A stretch of 47,175 nucleotides of DNA, from the IMG/VR virus record IMGVR_UViG_3300038379_000329, positions 1-47,175 of that record. One strand, 5' to 3'. Under the pieces are notes generated by a model, which had not been told where the DNA came from, searched no databases, and saw only the letters and a program-made list of their open reading frames with translations. Shown here in pieces: positions 42,977 to 47,175 of the stretch (within the stretch, counting starts at the first letter, position 1; every line of letters begins with the position of its first letter). A program made the translations under genes and the position numbers. The stretch comes from a virus. Its lineage: Duplodnaviria; Caudoviricetes.

Positions 42977-45900
42977 GTGAGTGAGCGCATCCCCGAGGGC
43001 GTGCATCGCCTTCTGGAGTCGATTGGCAAGGGCTCGTTGGGGATGTTCCAGCGGCTCACCCCGGCGGGGCGGCACTACTTCCTCGCGAAGTTCGACCACC
43101 TGCTCACGGACCCCGAGGCGCGGAAGGCGCTGTACTCCATCGACTATGACCGCGTGCCCCCGGACGTGGACACGTTCCTCGACCACGCGGACTACCTCGG
43201 CGGGACGGGCTTCGAGCTTTACCCCGGCTGGCGCCCCGTGCTCCGCGCCGCGTGCGCTCCCGGCTCGCGGATCAGCGAGTGCATCTTCACCGGCGCCCAG
43301 GGCCGCGGAAAGACGAGCGCGGCGATGGTCGCGCTCGTGTACAAGATCATCCGCTTGTCCTGTCTGCGCGACCCCGCCGTGTTCTATGGCCTGGCGCCGC
43401 GCACGCAGATCGTGTTCGGTCTGTACATGGTCACGAAGAAGCAACTCGCGAACACGGGCTTCTACATGATCCGTGACCAACTCATCGACAACATGGCGTA
43501 CTTCAAGGACGTGTTCCCGCGCTCGCCCTTCGGCAAGGAGAACGTGCTGTTCTCGCACGGCGACAAGAACATCATCATATCCACGTCCTCGAAGGCGTGG
43601 CACGTCCTCGGCGTCTCGCTGTTCGCGGTTGTGGCCGACGAGATGAACTACTACGACCAGGGCCAGGCCACGGCGGAGTCGGCGCGCGAGATTGTGACCG
43701 AGTGCTCCTCGCGTCTGGAGTCGCGCTTCCTGGACGAGCACGGCGACATCCCTGGGCTCGCCATCTTCATCTCGCAGACGCGCACCGAGGCGGACTTCCT
43801 GGAGCAGCGCGCCCAGACTATGAAGGGCACGGCGCACGTCCTCGTGGACCGCGGCCCGCGCTGGGAGCGCGGCTCGCCCAAGCCGTACAAGAACCTCGCG
43901 ACCGACCAGGCCCGCGCCGGCGCGAAGTACCTCACCGAGACGATGGTGGGGAAGGTGCCGAGCTTCCGCGTGTTCCGCGGCTCGGAGACGGCGGAGCCGC
44001 GCATCCTCGACAACGTGGCGCAGCAGGCCGACGGCTCGTGGGCCGTCGAGCCCATCGACCGCGCGGACAAGCCGCAGGACTCGCTGGTCATCTACCCCCC
44101 TGTGAACCACTTCAAGCGGTTCCGTGAGGACATCTACGGCGCGCTCCGCCTCGTGGCGGACTGCCCCTCGAACACCGCGAACCCGTTCTTCCCGCGGCGC
44201 GAGGTCATCGAGGCCGCGTTTGACTCGACGCTCATCCACCCCTGCACCATGCAGACGGTGCGCTGCTACGAGAATCAGCCTGGCGACTTCCGGCTCGCGG
44301 AGGTGTTCCAGCACGAGAAGGTGACGAAGGTGTACATGGGCCGGCGCGCGGCGATCCGCCACCCCGAGGCGCCGCGGTACATCCACCTCGACCCGGCCTC
44401 CGGCGGCTCGGGCACGCACAACTGGTTCGGCCTTGCGATGGTCCACCCGGCGCGCTTTGCGGTCGTGGAGCGCCCCAACCGCCCGAGCGATGACTACGAC
44501 CCGGCGGAGGTGGGCGAGGGCTTCGTGGCGAAGGACGTGGAGGTGGACTTCTACATCCGCCTCGACGCCGGCCCGCGCGGCGAGCCCATCGACTTCAAGA
44601 AGGTGCGCCGCTTCATCGAGTGGCTCCGCCGCGTGGGCTTCTGGGTTCGGAAGGTCACGGCGGACGGCTGGCAATGCCTCGCTGCCGGCACGCTCGTATC
44701 CACGGATCGCGGGATCATCCCCATCGAGGAGGTACGCACGGGGGACCGCGTGCAGTCGCGCTCCGGCGCGCGTCCGGTTACCAAGACGTGGGCCTTCGGG
44801 CGGCAGCCTACGTTGATTCTGCGCACGCAGCACGGTGACAGGCTTGAAGGCACAGGTCGGCATCGTATCGAAGTTCTGGGCGGATGGGACTACGGCGCGG
44901 AGCAGCGCGAGCGCAAGACGCTCGGTAGCGCCGGACGTGTTCCTGTGTGGGTGTGGCGCAGATTCGATGAAATCCGCGTCGGAGACGTGGTGCGTGTGTG
45001 GGATCGGCCGACGGACTTGGACGCCCCACCTGCGGTGCTCGCATACTCCGACCCCGGAGAGTTGGGCAAGCGCGTCCGCGGTGGTCCCCCCTCGTCAATC
45101 GACTCGTGGGCGTTCCCCGAGAAGATGACCTATGAGCTTGCTGAGTGGCTCGGGCTCGTGTGGGGAGACGGGCACATCAACGAGGACAGCGTCGTGGTGA
45201 CGGTCGAGTGGGAGGATGTCGATGATGCTTGCGCGGTGTTCGAGCGGTTGTTCGGCGTGCCGTTCCTGCCGCACAAGGGGCGTGACTCGTCCACGGTCGT
45301 CGGCGTGTCTGCGCGATGGCTTACTCGGTGGATGGCGCTCAACGGCTTCGTCAAGCCTTTGATCCCGTCACCGATCATGCGTTCGGGGAAGAACATCAGG
45401 GCAGCGTTCTTGCGCGGCTTATTCGCGACTGATGGATCCGTGAAGGCCCGCGATGGTCAGGTGTCGTTCTCGACGATCCACTATGATCTGGCGCAGCAGG
45501 TTCGCATCGTCTTGATGGAGGATTGGGGGATTGGCTCTTCGCTCACGACGCGCTCTCATGATAGGGATGGATGCTTCGTGCGCGATGGATCAGAGCACAT
45601 CGTTAGTATTCGAGGCTCGCGCGCGCAGTTGATGGAGGCAGTCGGATTCTCGTACACGCGCAAGGCGGATCGGTTGGCGGAGCACATCGCACGAGATGGG
45701 CGTCGGATCTTCACGAAGATCGAGTCCATCGAGCAGGGAGAAGCGGAGGTGTTCGACCTGTCTGTAGACGGTGACCCGTCCTTCCTGGCGAACGGAATCG
45801 TCAGTCATAACAGCTTGGAGACGCTCCAGCGGCTCCGCGACAAGGGTTTCATCGCGGACGGGCTCTCGGTGGACCGCACCTCGAAGCCGTACACGCTCGT

Positions 45901-46258
45901 GCGCCAGGTCATGAACGAGGCGCGCCTCGCCATCCCCTTCCCGCAGGGCTACGGGCCCGAGCGGTGGGGCGACTCGGAGCAGGCGCTCCGCCGGGTTATC
46001 CTGTTCAACGAGCTTGCGGGCCTGGAGCACGACGTGGACAAGGACAAGGTGGACCACCGCGACCGGAACCCCGACGGCTCGCCGGGCTCGAAGGACATCG
46101 CGGACGCGCTCACCGGCGCCGCGTTCACCTGCTTGCTGGACGAGGTGGCTCCGGGCGACAATCCCGACGCAGGGAGCAACGGACGGCGGATGGTGGAGGA
46201 GCGCCTCGGAGGCTTCCTCGGCCAAGACATCGTGAAGAAGTACCTGCCAGGAGTGTAA
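42977..46258 (+). CDS. terL: Terminase large subunit containing an intein
   Basis: Walker A GAQGRGKT, Walker B VVADE, nuclease YIHLD, TADGWQ|SLETLQ, GSKDIADA; AGGAGG SD before GTG 42977. Confidence 0.85.
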   Translation: MSERIPEGVHRLLESIGKGSLGMFQRLTPAGRHYFLAKFDHLLTDPEARKALYSIDYDRVPPDVDTFLDHADYLGGTGFELYPGWRPVLRAACAPGSRISECIFTGAQGRGKTSAAMVALVYKIIRLSCLRDPAVFYGLAPRTQIVFGLYMVTKKQLANTGFYMIRDQLIDNMAYFKDVFPRSPFGKENVLFSHGDKNIIISTSSKAWHVLGVSLFAVVADEMNYYDQGQATAESAREIVTECSSRLESRFLDEHGDIPGLAIFISQTRTEADFLEQRAQTMKGTAHVLVDRGPRWERGSPKPYKNLATDQARAGAKYLTETMVGKVPSFRVFRGSETAEPRILDNVAQQADGSWAVEPIDRADKPQDSLVIYPPVNHFKRFREDIYGALRLVADCPSNTANPFFPRREVIEAAFDSTLIHPCTMQTVRCYENQPGDFRLAEVFQHEKVTKVYMGRRAAIRHPEAPRYIHLDPASGGSGTHNWFGLAMVHPARFAVVERPNRPSDDYDPAEVGEGFVAKDVEVDFYIRLDAGPRGEPIDFKKVRRFIEWLRRVGFWVRKVTADGWQCLAAGTLVSTDRGIIPIEEVRTGDRVQSRSGARPVTKTWAFGRQPTLILRTQHGDRLEGTGRHRIEVLGGWDYGAEQRERKTLGSAGRVPVWVWRRFDEIRVGDVVRVWDRPTDLDAPPAVLAYSDPGELGKRVRGGPPSSIDSWAFPEKMTYELAEWLGLVWGDGHINEDSVVVTVEWEDVDDACAVFERLFGVPFLPHKGRDSSTVVGVSARWLTRWMALNGFVKPLIPSPIMRSGKNIRAAFLRGLFATDGSVKARDGQVSFSTIHYDLAQQVRIVLMEDWGIGSSLTTRSHDRDGCFVRDGSEHIVSIRGSRAQLMEAVGFSYTRKADRLAEHIARDGRRIFTKIESIEQGEAEVFDLSVDGDPSFLANGIVSHNSLETLQRLRDKGFIADGLSVDRTSKPYTLVRQVMNEARLAIPFPQGYGPERWGDSEQALRRVILFNELAGLEHDVDKDKVDHRDRNPDGSPGSKDIADALTGAAFTCLLDEVAPGDNPDAGSNGRRMVEERLGGFLGQDIVKKYLPGV
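44675..45811 (+). mobile_element. Intein with LAGLIDADG homing endonuclease (379 aa) in the terminase nuclease domain
   Basis: CLAAGTLV start, TGRH block B, LAEWLGLVWGDG and FLRGLFATDG, VFDLSV...FLANGIVSHN followed by Ser. Confidence 0.95.
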
Positions 46259-46260
46259 GC

Positions 46261-46674
46261 ATGGCGACCCCGATCAGCGCAGTCCTCCAGGGCACCCTCA
46301 CCGGCGCGACCGCGCAGGGCGCTCTCACCCCCATCCCCCTCGCGTACCAGCTTTCGGCCCAGGGCGGCCATCAGCAGAACAACGCTCAGGTGGAGGCGGG
46401 CGAGACGAAGGTGGTGACCATCCCCACGAACCTCGCCGGGCCGGTCGCCAGCCCGAACCCGCAGACCATGCTCGTGGTCACCTGCGACGTGGGCAACGTG
46501 AACATCACGCTGAACTCGCTCGGCGTGGCGGTCGGCCCGTTCAACTTCACGAAGCCGGGCGGCGTGCTCGTGCTCCCGGGGCGGATCAACAACCTCCCCG
46601 TCTCCGACCTCTCCATCCAGAACGCCGGCACGCAGCGGGCCACGGTCAGCTCCACCGCCCTCTACGGCTTGTGA
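46261..46674 (+). CDS. Beta-rich hypothetical protein, possibly virion-associated
   Basis: AGGAG SD; rich in T/V/G/N/P, few charges; directly follows terL. Confidence 0.65.
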   Translation: MATPISAVLQGTLTGATAQGALTPIPLAYQLSAQGGHQQNNAQVEAGETKVVTIPTNLAGPVASPNPQTMLVVTCDVGNVNITLNSLGVAVGPFNFTKPGGVLVLPGRINNLPVSDLSIQNAGTQRATVSSTALYGL

Positions 46675-46677
46675 CCT

Positions 46678-47175
46678 GTGGCCCGCGAGAACTGGAGCAA
46701 GCCCACCCTGGCGCAACGCCGGAAATGGCGCGCCGCTTCCGACGCGCGGAATCGCGAACGTCGCCGCGAGCAGAATCGGCGCGCGTACTTTGCGCTACGC
46801 GCCGAGGTGCTGCGTCACTACGCTGGGGGAACCGGGCCGGCGTGTCGGTGCTGCGGCGAGGAGATGATGGAGTTCTTGCAGTTGGATCACGTCATGGGCG
46901 ATGGGGCAGCGGATCGTCGGAGCAAGACCGGGAAGATGCCGCACGCACACGCGCTCAAGAAGGCAGGATTTCCCAATGACCCGCCGCTGCAAGTGCTGTG
47001 CGCGAACTGCAACGCCGGGAAGCGGGTCGGCCGTTACTGCCCGCACGAGATGCAGCGCGGAGTCTCGATAGACGGCGTGACGATTCCCGACGAGCTTCGC
47101 GGGCGGTTCGCTCCGCTTCATCGCCTGCGCGTGGGGAAGAACGTCGCTCGCGGAACGGAGCATCCGAACTCCAAG
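46678..47175 (+). CDS. HNH endonuclease, 3'-truncated by the window (absent from ORF track)
   Basis: Manual translation: EVLRHY..CRCCGE...FLQLDHVMGDG...GFP...QVLCANCN..K...CPH...RGTEHPNSK. Confidence 0.85.
   Translation, partial: MARENWSKPTLAQRRKWRAASDARNRERRREQNRRAYFALRAEVLRHYAGGTGPACRCCGEEMMEFLQLDHVMGDGAADRRSKTGKMPHAHALKKAGFPNDPPLQVLCANCNAGKRVGRYCPHEMQRGVSIDGVTIPDELRGRFAPLHRLRVGKNVARGTEHPNSK

Noticed and set aside
27143-46778. 15-bp match CCGCGAGCAGAATCG at 27143 and 46764
   Set aside because: Only two copies, one inside the HNH coding sequence, with no shared context; likely chance
46671-46979. 102-aa ORF listed in the track
   Set aside because: The overlapping frame from GTG 46678 encodes a clear HNH domain and is the real gene
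1-47175. CRISPR array, tRNA or rRNA genes
   Set aside because: No regularly spaced repeats with unique spacers, and no cloverleaf with T-loop consensus or rRNA-like sequence seen by eye; a tRNAscan run would be the proper check

Overview
This 47 kb window looks like part of a large, very GC-rich tailed dsDNA phage genome. No rRNA, tRNA, CRISPR array, integrase or cellular housekeeping operon was found. Layout: (i) 1-18072 on + holds many small, translationally coupled (ATGA/GTGA overlap) early/middle genes, including an HNH endonuclease, a beta-class DNA methyltransferase, an HD phosphohydrolase, dCTP deaminase, a cupin, an intein-containing PIF1-like helicase and a holin-like protein. (ii) 18069-27090 on - holds ThyX, a HicA-like protein, an HTH protein, a ubiquitin-like fusion, a papain/transglutaminase-like protein and many Zn-finger microproteins. 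(iii) 27213-47175 on + holds a lipoprotein, two polyvalent proteins (682 aa ART+GNAT; 2344 aa nuclease-like + two zincins + 2H phosphoesterase + NUDIX + wHTH), a thermonuclease, an intein-containing large terminase and a truncated HNH gene. The best candidates for new biology are: (1) a ubiquitin-like domain with an internal Gly-Gly fused to a cargo domain, sharing a conserved promoter type with a Cys-His-Asp protease-like gene, possibly a counter-ubiquitination module; (2) effector polyproteins whose domain boundaries carry [LIVM]-x-E-A motifs resembling prohead-protease sites; (3) a recurring hairpin with a -10 box in the loop and the Shine-Dalgarno in the stem; (4) two strongly structured intergenic RNA candidates. 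All family calls come from motif recognition by eye, not from database searches.
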